A stretch of 64,000 nucleotides of DNA from a virus: the IMG/VR virus record IMGVR_UViG_3300045988_175656. One strand, written 5' to 3'. This document shows positions 53,581 to 61,548 of the stretch, in pieces; the stretch's first letter is position 1, and every line of letters begins with the position of its first letter. The notes beneath the pieces were generated by a model. The model made no database searches. It had not been told where the DNA came from and saw only the letters and a list, made by a program, of their open reading frames with translations. The translations under genes were made by a program, and so were the position numbers.

Positions 53581-53946
53581 TTAGATGTTAAAAATATAAA
53601 ATCTCAAACCGTTCATATCAATAATGTAATCAGCATCATCTTCTGTTAAATCATCACATTCATCCAATTCATCTTGATACATTGAACTAACATTAACTGT
53701 TATACCCAAATATTCAAAACTAATTTCATATTCTCCAACAACTGAAAAACTTTCCAATATTTCAGATAAATGTTTTTCATTGTTCATTGGATTACTCAAC
53801 ATAAATGCAGCAATAGTAAGTACAGACCGTTCATCCAAAAGGTTATCATCATCTGTCAGTTCTCCATTGAAATAATTGATTATATCATTTTCAATCTTTT
53901 CATACAGTTTTGTACTAATGAATATTTCTTTACAATTTTTTTTCAT
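53581..53946 (-). CDS. acidic hypothetical protein
   Basis: ATG 53946 is preceded by GAAAGGAGAAAATGAA. The alternative ATG 53982 lies inside the palindrome. Confidence 0.6.
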   Translation of the reverse strand: MKKNCKEIFISTKLYEKIENDIINYFNGELTDDDNLLDERSVLTIAAFMLSNPMNNEKHLSEILESFSVVGEYEISFEYLGITVNVSSMYQDELDECDDLTEDDADYIIDMNGLRFYIFNI

Positions 53947-53963
53947 TTCATTTTCTCCTTTCT

Positions 53964-53981
53964 TGTACTCATTTGAGTACA
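53964..53981. repeat. GTACTCATTTGAGTAC palindrome, copy B2
   Basis: TGTACTCATTTGAGTACA, 18 nt upstream of ATG 53946. Confidence 0.8.
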
Positions 53982-53992
53982 TTTATAATGTT

Positions 53993-54391
53993 TTAAAAAT
54001 ATTTAGTTTTGTGTCTTAATTCTTCAATGTAAGAATCAATTTCTTCTTCAATGATAATTACTGCACGTTTTTCAGCCACAAGTTTTAACTGATACCTGTT
54101 TTGAACAATGTAAGAACTTGCATCACAGTAAGGATAATCTTTCAATTCGTTTCTGTCATCAGTTAAATCAAAAACTACATACGCATTTATAAACAGTACA
54201 AAATTATTTTCCAAAATATCAGCAAATATTTCGTTTTTAAAAGCTATGGAATAAACAAGACCAAAGTCTTTTACCTTTTCATTAAATTCTTTTCTTGTTT
54301 TGAAACGCATAACTTTTGCGAAATCACCATAAATAAACTTTTGTAAATTAATAGCCAAAGCTACTTTTTCTTCAAGTTCCAACATAAGCAT
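53993..54391 (-). CDS. hypothetical protein
   Basis: 132-aa ATG ORF. Confidence 0.6.
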   Translation of the reverse strand: MLMLELEEKVALAINLQKFIYGDFAKVMRFKTRKEFNEKVKDFGLVYSIAFKNEIFADILENNFVLFINAYVVFDLTDDRNELKDYPYCDASSYIVQNRYQLKLVAEKRAVIIIEEEIDSYIEELRHKTKYF

Positions 54392-54696
54392 TCTTCAATT
54401 ATTATTATTGTTTGATATTTTAATACTTCTTTAACATGTTTATCATCTGTCAATACACAACAACAATCACCTACTTTCGTTTTCTTAAATTCAACCAATC
54501 CCATTTGAACAAGTTTAGTTGCAACATCACCATCCACACAACAAACCAATTCTAAATTTGAGTTTAACACATCATTAATATCTTTATTCGCTTCTTCATA
54601 TTCAGATTGTGTGCGATAGTATAGAATGTGATTATAACCCGTTTTAAGCCCCTCTCTAAGACTTTTATAGACTTTTAATACAATTGCTCGTTTCAT
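54361..54696 (-). CDS. hypothetical protein
   Basis: 111-aa ATG ORF. Confidence 0.6.
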   Translation of the reverse strand: MKRAIVLKVYKSLREGLKTGYNHILYYRTQSEYEEANKDINDVLNSNLELVCCVDGDVATKLVQMGLVEFKKTKVGDCCCVLTDDKHVKEVLKYQTIIIIEECLCWNLKKK

Positions 54697-54944
54697 TACT
54701 TAAATGCGTTTAAAAGGTCTGAAATTGATTTGTTTGCCACAATAACATTAGCACCCTCTTTCAAGAAGAAAGTTAATGAACCGTCTTTTTGTTGTTCAAA
54801 CATTAATGTAGTACAGTTATTGTGTGCATCCACAAAACTTTGTCCCTCTTTTGGTTCAATTAACTTAATAAATACACCTGTTGAACCTTGTACTAATTTC
54901 GGAGAACCTTTTTTAGATAAAACTGTTACATCTATTTGTCCCAT
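54696..54944 (-). CDS. hypothetical protein
   Basis: 82-aa ATG ORF; follows cassette 54974-55018. Confidence 0.6.
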   Translation of the reverse strand: MGQIDVTVLSKKGSPKLVQGSTGVFIKLIEPKEGQSFVDAHNNCTTLMFEQQKDGSLTFFLKEGANVIVANKSISDLLNAFK

Positions 54945-54973
54945 AATCTTTTGTTTTTTAATTTTTCGATATG

Positions 54974-55018
54974 CAAAGATAAAAATATTTTTTTAAATTA
55001 GGAAATAATTTGAGTTAA
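54974..55018 (-). promoter_or_regulatory. early-type promoter cassette (TTTC-N20-TATCTTTG)
   Basis: caaagata at 54974-54981; the -33 position reads gaaa (weaker); tgagttaa ending at 55018. Confidence 0.55.
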
Positions 55019-55612
55019 AAAATCTTTAATTCTATCATTTCCATTATTAGAAGATGAAACAATAGGAGAAATGACCGCATTATGGGCTGAATAATATTCT
55101 TTTAGTTTATACCAAACTACAAATGCTTCACATAGAGAATATTGTTTACACTCATAAAAACTTCTCCACACCCTATTAGAAGTCATTTTTACAGTATAAC
55201 CCTTATTATCATCCCATACAGCAAATTTGTATGGTAAAGAAGATAAACTTTTCAATCTATAATAAAGTTCTTTAAACTTTTTCAGATACTTTTCAAAAAG
55301 TTCTTTTTGTTCTTTGGTTGCTTCATCTTCCAAATGATAACCTAACCATATTTGTGTAGTATCATCACCATTTCTCTTTATCATTCCAAAAAATATAGTC
55401 ATTAGAGCTTTCCAAAAGTACTTATTAGCACTGTCATTCGGTTGCCAATCTTCACCTAAAAGATTATAAAAGAATTGTTCCCATGTTCGTGTGCCCTCAT
55501 ATTTCACATAATTAAGCGGAATAATATTATTAGACGCAACTGTCATTTTGATATGTACATTTCCGTCTTTATCTTCTTTGATAATCATTGTTTTAATTTT
55601 TTGGTAACTCAT
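54998..55612 (-). CDS. hypothetical protein
   Basis: 204-aa ATG ORF; follows cassette 55642-55686. Confidence 0.65.
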   Translation of the reverse strand: MSYQKIKTMIIKEDKDGNVHIKMTVASNNIIPLNYVKYEGTRTWEQFFYNLLGEDWQPNDSANKYFWKALMTIFFGMIKRNGDDTTQIWLGYHLEDEATKEQKELFEKYLKKFKELYYRLKSLSSLPYKFAVWDDNKGYTVKMTSNRVWRSFYECKQYSLCEAFVVWYKLKEYYSAHNAVISPIVSSSNNGNDRIKDFLTQIIS

Positions 55613-55641
55613 AACTATTATTTTTTTTAATTATTATACTA

Positions 55642-55686
55642 CAAAGATATGAAATGTTCTGCAATATAACAAATTATTTGTGTTAA
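55642..55686 (-). promoter_or_regulatory. early-type promoter cassette (TTTG-N20-TATCTTTG)
   Basis: caaagata at 55642-55649; caaa at 55670-55673; tgtgttaa ending at 55686. Confidence 0.65.
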
Positions 55687-55690
55687 AGAA

Positions 55691-56188
55691 TTATAATTTA
55701 CAAATATTTGTTGTTATAGTATCTATATGTTCATCTCCATCCATTTCAAAAATACTTACATTTACTTCTCCCTCTATTACAATCTTGTTGTTAATATATG
55801 GAGCATAAACTTCAATATCATAACATTCTCCATTAGAAAGAGTGATTGTAGTCCAATATGCCCAATTTTCACTATACCCATTATATTGTTCAATTTCTTC
55901 ATCATTAATTGGAATTTCAATATTTTCACCTTTGAAATTAAACGAAACATAGTTAAGAGTTTTAACATGATTATCGAAATAACCCAAAGCAATAAGTTCA
56001 GTGGTAGAATAGATATTAGTAAATGCTTCTTGAATATAACATCTACATGATTGATTATGCGCTTCTCCCCACCTTTCCAATATTTTCTTATGGCGATAAT
56101 CACAATTAAATTCGTTACAATATAACAAAATTAATGTTTCTGTGGAGATATTACTCCATGCAATTACTTGACACTTTTCTTTATTCAT
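55691..56188 (-). CDS. hypothetical protein
   Basis: 165-aa ATG ORF; follows cassette 56241-56285. Confidence 0.65.
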   Translation of the reverse strand: MNKEKCQVIAWSNISTETLILLYCNEFNCDYRHKKILERWGEAHNQSCRCYIQEAFTNIYSTTELIALGYFDNHVKTLNYVSFNFKGENIEIPINDEEIEQYNGYSENWAYWTTITLSNGECYDIEVYAPYINNKIVIEGEVNVSIFEMDGDEHIDTITTNICKL

Positions 56189-56240
56189 AATATTTCTTTT
56201 TATATGTTTAAACTAAAAATCCTTATCTCTATCAACATGA

Positions 56241-56285
56241 CAAAGATAAGGACTTAATTTGTAACTACCAAATGTTTTGTGCTAA
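56241..56285 (-). promoter_or_regulatory. early-type promoter cassette (TTTG-N20-TATCTTTG)
   Basis: caaagata at 56241-56248; caaa at 56269-56272; tgtgctaa ending at 56285. Confidence 0.65.
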
Positions 56286-56306
56286 AGAATATTAATTAAT
56301 TTATTT

Positions 56307-56459
56307 TTAAAAACCTAACATCAATTGATATAATTTCGGACATTTCTGTTTCAATTCTTCAATTTCCTTTTTAGTATAAATTGGAAAATTATGTAAAGTA
56401 ACATTAAATTTCACACCTTGCGAATTGGTTTCAGTGAACTTAACAGTTTTTAATTCCAT
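56307..56459 (-). CDS. small hypothetical protein (50 aa)
   Basis: MELKTVKFTETNSQGVKFNVTLHNFPIYTKKEIEELKQKCPKLYQLMLGF. Below the track cutoff; fills the 56286-56463 gap. Confidence 0.45.
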   Translation of the reverse strand: MELKTVKFTETNSQGVKFNVTLHNFPIYTKKEIEELKQKCPKLYQLMLGF

Positions 56460-56463
56460 AATA

Positions 56464-56799
56464 TTATAATGTTAAAGTTTGATAAACAGCTTCGTAAATA
56501 TCAATAGCAATACTATTTTGTACTTCATAATAATATTCCCATTCATCAATTTCGGAATCTGAACAATCACATTTGAACATGATATATTTTTCACCATTTG
56601 AAAGTTCACCAACTTTAACAATAGTCACCATATCTTCACTCAAACCATATCCATTATCATGGTGAGCATAAGCAATATCACATTTGTCTGATAATATTAC
56701 CTCTGTTAAACCACTTTCTAAAATTAAACGAACTGTTTCTTTTTCTGCATCCTTATACAGTTTAGATGCTTTTTCGCTAAAATTTATATAATTTTCCAT
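56464..56799 (-). CDS. acidic hypothetical protein
   Basis: 111-aa ATG ORF. Confidence 0.6.
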   Translation of the reverse strand: MENYINFSEKASKLYKDAEKETVRLILESGLTEVILSDKCDIAYAHHDNGYGLSEDMVTIVKVGELSNGEKYIMFKCDCSDSEIDEWEYYYEVQNSIAIDIYEAVYQTLTL

Positions 56800-56802
56800 A
56801 AT

Positions 56803-57189
56803 TTAATTAATTTCTGTTAATGGTAATACTTCTTTATCAGCTTCCACTATTTCAAACATATTTTTTGATAATTGGGAAAGTAAACTTAAACAAACATAGA
56901 TTATTGCAGTATCTTGGCTACAATTATACCATAATTGACGTTTGCTTACTTCCTCAAACATATAAACAATTGATAAACAGTTAATTTCTTTCTTAATCAC
57001 TTCTTGGTGACTTGAAATATAATTTAACATATAGGTTGCAACTTCATGTTCATTTGAAAGTGTTATCAGCCCATCAGCAGCAAGAGTTTTAACAAGGTCT
57101 TTCCACTGTTCTTTATTTTTTACATACCACCCCTTAGAATAAAGAATGGTATGTGATAATTTTAACTTTTCCATAATGACTTTTAACAT
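56803..57189 (-). CDS. hypothetical protein
   Basis: 128-aa ATG ORF. Confidence 0.6.
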   Translation of the reverse strand: MLKVIMEKLKLSHTILYSKGWYVKNKEQWKDLVKTLAADGLITLSNEHEVATYMLNYISSHQEVIKKEINCLSIVYMFEEVSKRQLWYNCSQDTAIIYVCLSLLSQLSKNMFEIVEADKEVLPLTEIN

Positions 57190-57422
57190 CCCCTGTATGA
57201 ATAACTGTCAATGTAACATGGTCGCTTAATGTCCCCTTCAAACACTTTTACAATTTCAACATTGCGCATATTAACATTGTAAAATTCGATAAAGTCGTTT
57301 ACATCTTTGGAAGTCATAAAAACATTATTATCTTCTAATACAAGAGCCAATCTTCCATTTTTGTAACACTTTAACGGTTTTCCGTTTTCTTTAAGCTGAT
57401 AGCCTATTACTTTCTTTCTCAT
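57183..57422 (-). CDS. hypothetical protein
   Basis: 79-aa ATG ORF; follows cassette 57449-57493. Confidence 0.55.
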   Translation of the reverse strand: MRKKVIGYQLKENGKPLKCYKNGRLALVLEDNNVFMTSKDVNDFIEFYNVNMRNVEIVKVFEGDIKRPCYIDSYSYRGC

Positions 57423-57448
57423 AACTAATTTGTTTTATTATTATAATA

Positions 57449-57493
57449 CAAAGATAATCATTTTAATGATATTAGCCAAGTATTTTATGTTAA
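57449..57493 (-). promoter_or_regulatory. early-type promoter cassette (CTTG-N20-TATCTTTG)
   Basis: caaagata at 57449-57456; caag at 57477-57480; tatgttaa contains the stop of 57490-57702. Confidence 0.6.
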
Positions 57494-57702
57494 TCTATAT
57501 TAATAGCATATAACCAATTATTTTCAGTATCAATACTATCACTATTCAAATCATCTGTAAACTCTTTTACATTGGCATAATCATAGATAAACGCATTTTC
57601 TGAATCAGATAAAGCATATTCATTTAATTGCACATCAGTTAGTGCATCAAGTTCAGTTTTATTATAAACAGAGTTATCAAATGTTAAAATTCTTACTTTC
57701 AT
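57490..57702 (-). CDS. small highly acidic protein
   Basis: 70 aa, D/E/N-rich; AAGGAG upstream. Confidence 0.55.
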   Translation of the reverse strand: MKVRILTFDNSVYNKTELDALTDVQLNEYALSDSENAFIYDYANVKEFTDDLNSDSIDTENNWLYAINID

Positions 57703-57721
57703 GTTTTAATCTCCTTATTAT

Positions 57722-58015
57722 TTAATTACTAATTAATCTTTTAAGTGAAAATCTTCTATCAAACAGATAATGTACACCATAGTTTTTATAAGTTGTTGAT
57801 ATTTTATACCAATACCAACCAAAACACATATCCATAAATTCATTTGGTCTTTCATGTGCCATATTCATGTATGATTGGTAATTTAATGCAGTTACATTAT
57901 TAGAAACATATTTTGTGACAATATCCCTTGTTTCAATGTTATATTGGCAATGCGCTTCAACTAATGCAGTCTCTATCAATATTCTTTTCTTCTTTGCTAA
58001 TGTTAACTTATCCAT
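57722..58015 (-). CDS. hypothetical protein
   Basis: 97-aa ATG ORF; follows cassette 58043-58087. Confidence 0.6.
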   Translation of the reverse strand: MDKLTLAKKKRILIETALVEAHCQYNIETRDIVTKYVSNNVTALNYQSYMNMAHERPNEFMDMCFGWYWYKISTTYKNYGVHYLFDRRFSLKRLISN

Positions 58016-58042
58016 TTGTTTATCTCTTTAATTTTGATATGG

Positions 58043-58087
58043 CAAAGATAATACTTTATACCCAATTAACCAAATATATTGTGTTAA
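58043..58087 (-). promoter_or_regulatory. early-type promoter cassette (TTTG-N20-TATCTTTG)
   Basis: caaagata at 58043-58050; caaa at 58071-58074; gtgttaa ending at 58087. Confidence 0.65.
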
Positions 58088-58104
58088 TAAAATATAAATT
58101 ACTC

Positions 58105-58509
58105 TTACCATGAATAAGTTGAACAAGGTGCATTAATATCATGTTTAATTTCTATAATATCAATTACAACTTTCTTATCAAACATTAAAGAAATTTCTTT
58201 TGTTAATTTGTCAATATCACTACCACCTCTTCCAATTAAAATCCCTGGTCTTTTTGTAAAGATTTTTATATCAATAATATCTTTTTGCGTATCAACATTT
58301 ATACCATGTATTTGTAATATGTTGGCTGTATTATATACTTTCTCAATGCAAAGATACACAGTTTTTAATGGGCTATATATAGCAAGTGTTTTGCTTTTAC
58401 TTCCATCCATGAAATACTCGTTTTCAATCTTAAATGACAAAGTATTCATTTCATTTTTAATGAATAATTGTTTAATCTTTTTTTCAATGAATTTTTTAAA
58501 ATCTTTCAT
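58105..58509 (-). CDS. KH-domain (type II-like) RNA-binding protein
   Basis: IFTKRPGILIGRGGSDIDKLTKEI has a GxxG loop in a KH-like context. Start moved from 58587 to ATG 58509, because the extension overlaps small gene 58526-58675. Confidence 0.5.
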   Translation of the reverse strand: MKDFKKFIEKKIKQLFIKNEMNTLSFKIENEYFMDGSKSKTLAIYSPLKTVYLCIEKVYNTANILQIHGINVDTQKDIIDIKIFTKRPGILIGRGGSDIDKLTKEISLMFDKKVVIDIIEIKHDINAPCSTYSW

Positions 58510-58525
58510 AGTGAAATATTTTTTG

Positions 58526-58675
58526 TTAATTAAATATAAAATCATACGCTTTCTGTACACTGTCAAAACTAATATGTAAACAGTCATTTCCGATTGAAAT
58601 GCCTAAATCTGACTTGTGTATAGATATATTATAACCTTGTTGCATGATAGCAACTATCATAGTAAAATCATCCAT
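58526..58675 (-). CDS. small hypothetical protein (49 aa), paralogue of 58677-58835
   Basis: MDDFTMIVAIMQQGYNISIHKSDLGISIGNDCLHISFDSVQKAYDFIFN. Below the track cutoff. Confidence 0.45.
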   Translation of the reverse strand: MDDFTMIVAIMQQGYNISIHKSDLGISIGNDCLHISFDSVQKAYDFIFN

Positions 58676-58676
58676 A

Positions 58677-58835
58677 TTATTCAATGTATAGAATTAAAAA
58701 TTTATATGCTTTCTCCACATTATCAAATGTAAGTAAGAAAAGTTCATCACAAACTGTTATTCCATTATCATAAGAATGGTGAAGTACAATAAAACCTCTC
58801 CCCTTAATAATTTGTATCATTTCATGTTCTTTCAT
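58677..58835 (-). CDS. small hypothetical protein (52 aa), paralogue of 58526-58675
   Basis: MKEHEMIQIIKGRGFIVLHHSYDNGITVCDELFLLTFDNVEKAYKFLILYIE. AAGGAG upstream; follows cassette 58865-58909. Confidence 0.5.
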   Translation of the reverse strand: MKEHEMIQIIKGRGFIVLHHSYDNGITVCDELFLLTFDNVEKAYKFLILYIE

Positions 58836-58864
58836 AACTTATCTCCTTTCTTATTTAATATATG

Positions 58865-58909
58865 CAAAGATAAGAAGAATTTATTTCCTATACAAGTATT
58901 TTGCGTTAA
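58865..58909 (-). promoter_or_regulatory. early-type promoter cassette (CTTG-N20-TATCTTTG)
   Basis: caaagata at 58865-58872; caag at 58893-58896; gcgttaa ending at 58909. Confidence 0.6.
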
Positions 58910-58931
58910 TAATAGTTAATAGAATATTAAA

Positions 58932-58967
58932 TAAAAAATGCTGACTATTTTCACAAACAATCAGCAT
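58932..58967 (-). terminator. intrinsic terminator (early block)
   Basis: Complement strand: ATGCTGA-loop-TCAGCATTTTTT after the stop of 58988-59386. Confidence 0.55.
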
Positions 58968-58987
58968 AGGAAATAAAAAGTATGTTC

Positions 58988-59386
58988 TTAGTGTAATATT
59001 GTCATTTTGATTTTTTCATCAAATATCATTTTCTTATCAGACGGGTGTAATAATATATCAACTCTATGATTAAAACGCTTGTTCATTACATCTCTTACTT
59101 CATAAGTACCATAACCATGTATATGTACTTTCTTAGGCTTATCTTTAGGAAATAACCAAAGCAAATCACGAGAAATTGCACACCACTTTATTTTACCTTG
59201 TTTCAATTTATGTAAATCAATTTTACTGCCGTCAGCCGTAATTAATGGATTATCATCACATTGTTCTTTAACAGGTTGATAACAAGTAACTGTTACATGG
59301 GTAATAACATTTTTTGTATTTCTGTTTTCACCAAATGAAAAAATTGAACAAAAACAAAGTATTGTTAAAATAAATATACTTCTCAT
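58988..59386 (-). CDS. secreted 3D-domain (MltA/RlpA-like double-psi beta-barrel) protein, putative cell-wall hydrolase
   Basis: Signal peptide MRSIFILTILCFCSIFSFG, then VTCYQP...ITADGS...WCAISRD...GTYEVRDVM...HRVDIL (three conserved Asp). Confidence 0.6.
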   Translation of the reverse strand: MRSIFILTILCFCSIFSFGENRNTKNVITHVTVTCYQPVKEQCDDNPLITADGSKIDLHKLKQGKIKWCAISRDLLWLFPKDKPKKVHIHGYGTYEVRDVMNKRFNHRVDILLHPSDKKMIFDEKIKMTILH

Positions 59387-59396
59387 ATAAACCTAA

Positions 59397-59747
59397 TTAA
59401 TCATTAATAATTCTTAAAAATTCTCTTAATCTTACTTTAAGATATTCTTCTAATTCTTCTTTGTCCGATATTTTTCCTGCAATTTCACTTGCAAAAAACT
59501 TAACCTGTTGAGATATTATTAAATCTTCTTTTGTCTGTGTATCATAATAACTTTTAAAATTAGATAAAAGATACATTCTTATTGGATGATATATAATATT
59601 TTTATTTTTAGGTGTTTTAGCAACAAGATAATAATCACCTTTTATCTTTTTAACAAAAGATTTAGTACCGTTGAAAATAACTTTTATTCCATTATCAACA
59701 TCCTTTTCAATATCTTCATAATTATTATATAATTTTTTTCTTACCAT
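59397..59747 (-). CDS. hypothetical protein, paralogue of 59759-59962
   Basis: The N-terminus YNNYEDIEKDVDNGIKVIF...FVKK.KGDYYLVA aligns with the next gene. Confidence 0.6.
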   Translation of the reverse strand: MVRKKLYNNYEDIEKDVDNGIKVIFNGTKSFVKKIKGDYYLVAKTPKNKNIIYHPIRMYLLSNFKSYYDTQTKEDLIISQQVKFFASEIAGKISDKEELEEYLKVRLREFLRIIND

Positions 59748-59758
59748 AATATTTTACT

Positions 59759-59962
59759 TTAAAAATTTCTAATATAAGAATAAAAATCTTCTACATTACC
59801 CAATTCGATTTTTCCACCACTATAATGTGGATTGGAAACAATAGCTATGATATATAAATCATTTAACTTAGAAACAAAATAGCGGTCATTCATCCAACAT
59901 ACTCTAATGCCATTTTCAACATCTTGTTTAATTTCTTCAAAACTACTATATTTCTTTTCCAT
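59759..59962 (-). CDS. hypothetical protein, paralogue of 59397-59747
   Basis: YSSFEEIKQDVENGIRVCW...FVSKLNDLYIIA. Confidence 0.55.
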   Translation of the reverse strand: MEKKYSSFEEIKQDVENGIRVCWMNDRYFVSKLNDLYIIAIVSNPHYSGGKIELGNVEDFYSYIRNF

Positions 59963-59963
59963 A

Positions 59964-60224
59964 TTAATTAATTTTATTTAATGGTGATTCTTTAAGCCTT
60001 GTTAAATTAAAGCCTATCATATTTCCACAAGAGGGACATTTAAAACCATAATCAGTAGAAATCATTCTACCATTATAAGAACAAGTACAACAATAAGGTT
60101 TCCAATCATCATACCATGTGCCACCTTTTGCTTCTTTTAATCTTTTTAACTTTTCTTCATCAGATAGATTAATGTTCTCTTGAACAGTTTCCATTTGATT
60201 GTATAATTCTTCTGATACTACCAT
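59964..60224 (-). CDS. zinc-ribbon protein
   Basis: CCTCSYNG...FKCPSCGN. Start placed at ATG 60224 because ATG 60275 lies upstream of promoter cassette 60246-60290. Confidence 0.5.
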   Translation of the reverse strand: MVVSEELYNQMETVQENINLSDEEKLKRLKEAKGGTWYDDWKPYCCTCSYNGRMISTDYGFKCPSCGNMIGFNLTRLKESPLNKIN

Positions 60225-60245
60225 GTTACTCTTATTTTTGTATGA

Positions 60246-60290
60246 CAAAGATACACCAATTATTCCAATTTTCATAATATTTTGTGTTAA
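60246..60290 (-). promoter_or_regulatory. early-type promoter cassette (weak -33; TATCTTTG)
   Basis: caaagata at 60246-60253 and tgtgttaa ending at 60290 keep the cassette layout. The -33 position is not TTTG. Confidence 0.45.
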
Positions 60291-60296
60291 AGTATA

Positions 60297-60503
60297 TTAA
60301 ACACAATCACTACAATAAAATTCGTCTGTATCTTCATCATATTCGCTAACAGAATTGTGGATATAATTACCACAGTTTCGACACATTTCAAATTCATCTT
60401 CACTGTATTCTTCACCACAGCAATTCAACATAAGACAATCATTTTCATTGTTATACTGTCTTTCCATTACTTCACCACAAATAGGACAAATGTATTCTTC
60501 CAT
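60297..60503 (-). CDS. double zinc-ribbon protein
   Basis: CPICGE, CCGEE, CRNCGN and CSDC within 68 aa. Confidence 0.6.
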   Translation of the reverse strand: MEEYICPICGEVMERQYNNENDCLMLNCCGEEYSEDEFEMCRNCGNYIHNSVSEYDEDTDEFYCSDCV

Positions 60504-60516
60504 ATTATTTAACTTT

Positions 60517-60771
60517 TTATATCAATTTCCAAATAATAAACATATTTAACGCATCCTTATATTTACAAGGTAATTTTACTCTGTTACCATCCTTAGAAAT
60601 AAGATTGGACGGATTATAACCATAAAACAGTATTTTTGTTTTTCTATGTTCTTTATATTGTTCTTTCCATGTTTTAGGCTTAAAATGCTTGAATGTGTCT
60701 CTATTTATAATCCAATAGTCTAAATGACTTATTCTACATATAGCCTTTCTTGTTCTTGAATATTTACTCAT
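60517..60771 (-). CDS. basic hypothetical protein
   Basis: 84-aa ATG ORF, K/R-rich; follows cassette 60814-60858. Confidence 0.55.
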   Translation of the reverse strand: MSKYSRTRKAICRISHLDYWIINRDTFKHFKPKTWKEQYKEHRKTKILFYGYNPSNLISKDGNRVKLPCKYKDALNMFIIWKLI

Positions 60772-60813
60772 AACTGTTTATTTATTGATTAATATTTCCT
60801 TTTTCTTATGATA

Positions 60814-60858
60814 CAAAGATAAGAAATAATATTTAGCTTACCAAATGTTTTGTGTTAA
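60814..60858 (-). promoter_or_regulatory. early-type promoter cassette (TTTG-N20-TATCTTTG)
   Basis: caaagata at 60814-60821; caaa at 60842-60845; tgtgttaa ending at 60858. Confidence 0.65.
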
Positions 60859-60880
60859 TAAAATATAAACACATTAATAT

Positions 60881-60919
60881 AAAAAATGGTGTTAACTATC
60901 TTCACAGACTGTTAACACC
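60881..60919 (-). terminator. intrinsic terminator (early block)
   Basis: Complement strand: GGTGTTAAC-agtctgtgaagata-GTTAACACCATTTTTT. Confidence 0.65.
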
Positions 60920-60972
60920 CGATATGTTTAATTTAAAATCCAATTTTGTATCGTATATTCATTATTACACTA

Positions 60973-61017
60973 CAAAGATAATACTTTTATTTTAATCCAC
61001 CAAATTATTTTAGTTAA
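60973..61017 (-). promoter_or_regulatory. early-type promoter cassette with no downstream ORF
   Basis: caaagata at 60973-60980; caaa at 61001-61004. The next element leftward is terminator 60881-60919, not a gene. Confidence 0.6.
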
Positions 61018-61327
61018 TTATTTCTAATCTATATGCTTTCCCCTTATTATGTTTTTCTTCAATATCAATACCATACGGAAAACAAACAAAAAGCATTTTG
61101 TAATTTGGATATATCATTGTAAACTCTTTTTTTTCAAAGTCATACCAACCCCAATATTCTTGCTCATTTCTATTAGGTGGAGATTGATTTTCAGAAATAC
61201 ACATCTTTACTTCCAATACATCTTCTGCCTTATTTCCCCATATATGCGCATGGTCTTTGTGAATACCAAAGTGAGTGTAATAATCTCCATAGTCACATTT
61301 GACACAAGTTTCAATAAATGTTTCCAT
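61010..61327 (-). CDS. hypothetical protein
   Basis: 105-aa ATG ORF. Confidence 0.6.
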   Translation of the reverse strand: METFIETCVKCDYGDYYTHFGIHKDHAHIWGNKAEDVLEVKMCISENQSPPNRNEQEYWGWYDFEKKEFTMIYPNYKMLFVCFPYGIDIEEKHNKGKAYRLEIIN

Positions 61328-61328
61328 A

Positions 61329-61526
61329 CTAAAATATGAATAGTTTAATACGAATTTTTAATACATTCCAATAGTATTGAAAACGGTTATCACAATATAT
61401 GTAAATTTCATCATTGTTTGGATGTTTCTCTCTGTTAAGATATATGGTTATTTCGTAATCTTCATTATCGAAATATACATCTATAATATCATGTTTGAAA
61501 ATACCACGCTTGCCAATCTTAATCAT
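61329..61526 (-). CDS. hypothetical protein
   Basis: 65-aa ATG ORF; follows cassette 61549-61580. Confidence 0.5.
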   Translation of the reverse strand: MIKIGKRGIFKHDIIDVYFDNEDYEITIYLNREKHPNNDEIYIYCDNRFQYYWNVLKIRIKLFIF

Positions 61527-61548
61527 ATTGTTTAATTTTTTATTAATA

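Noticed and set aside
60884-60966. 9-codon ORF MNIRYKIGF as the product of the orphan promoter unit
   Set aside because: It is too short, has no RBS, and is not distinguishable from chance in AT-rich sequence. The unit is reported as a candidate non-coding RNA instead.
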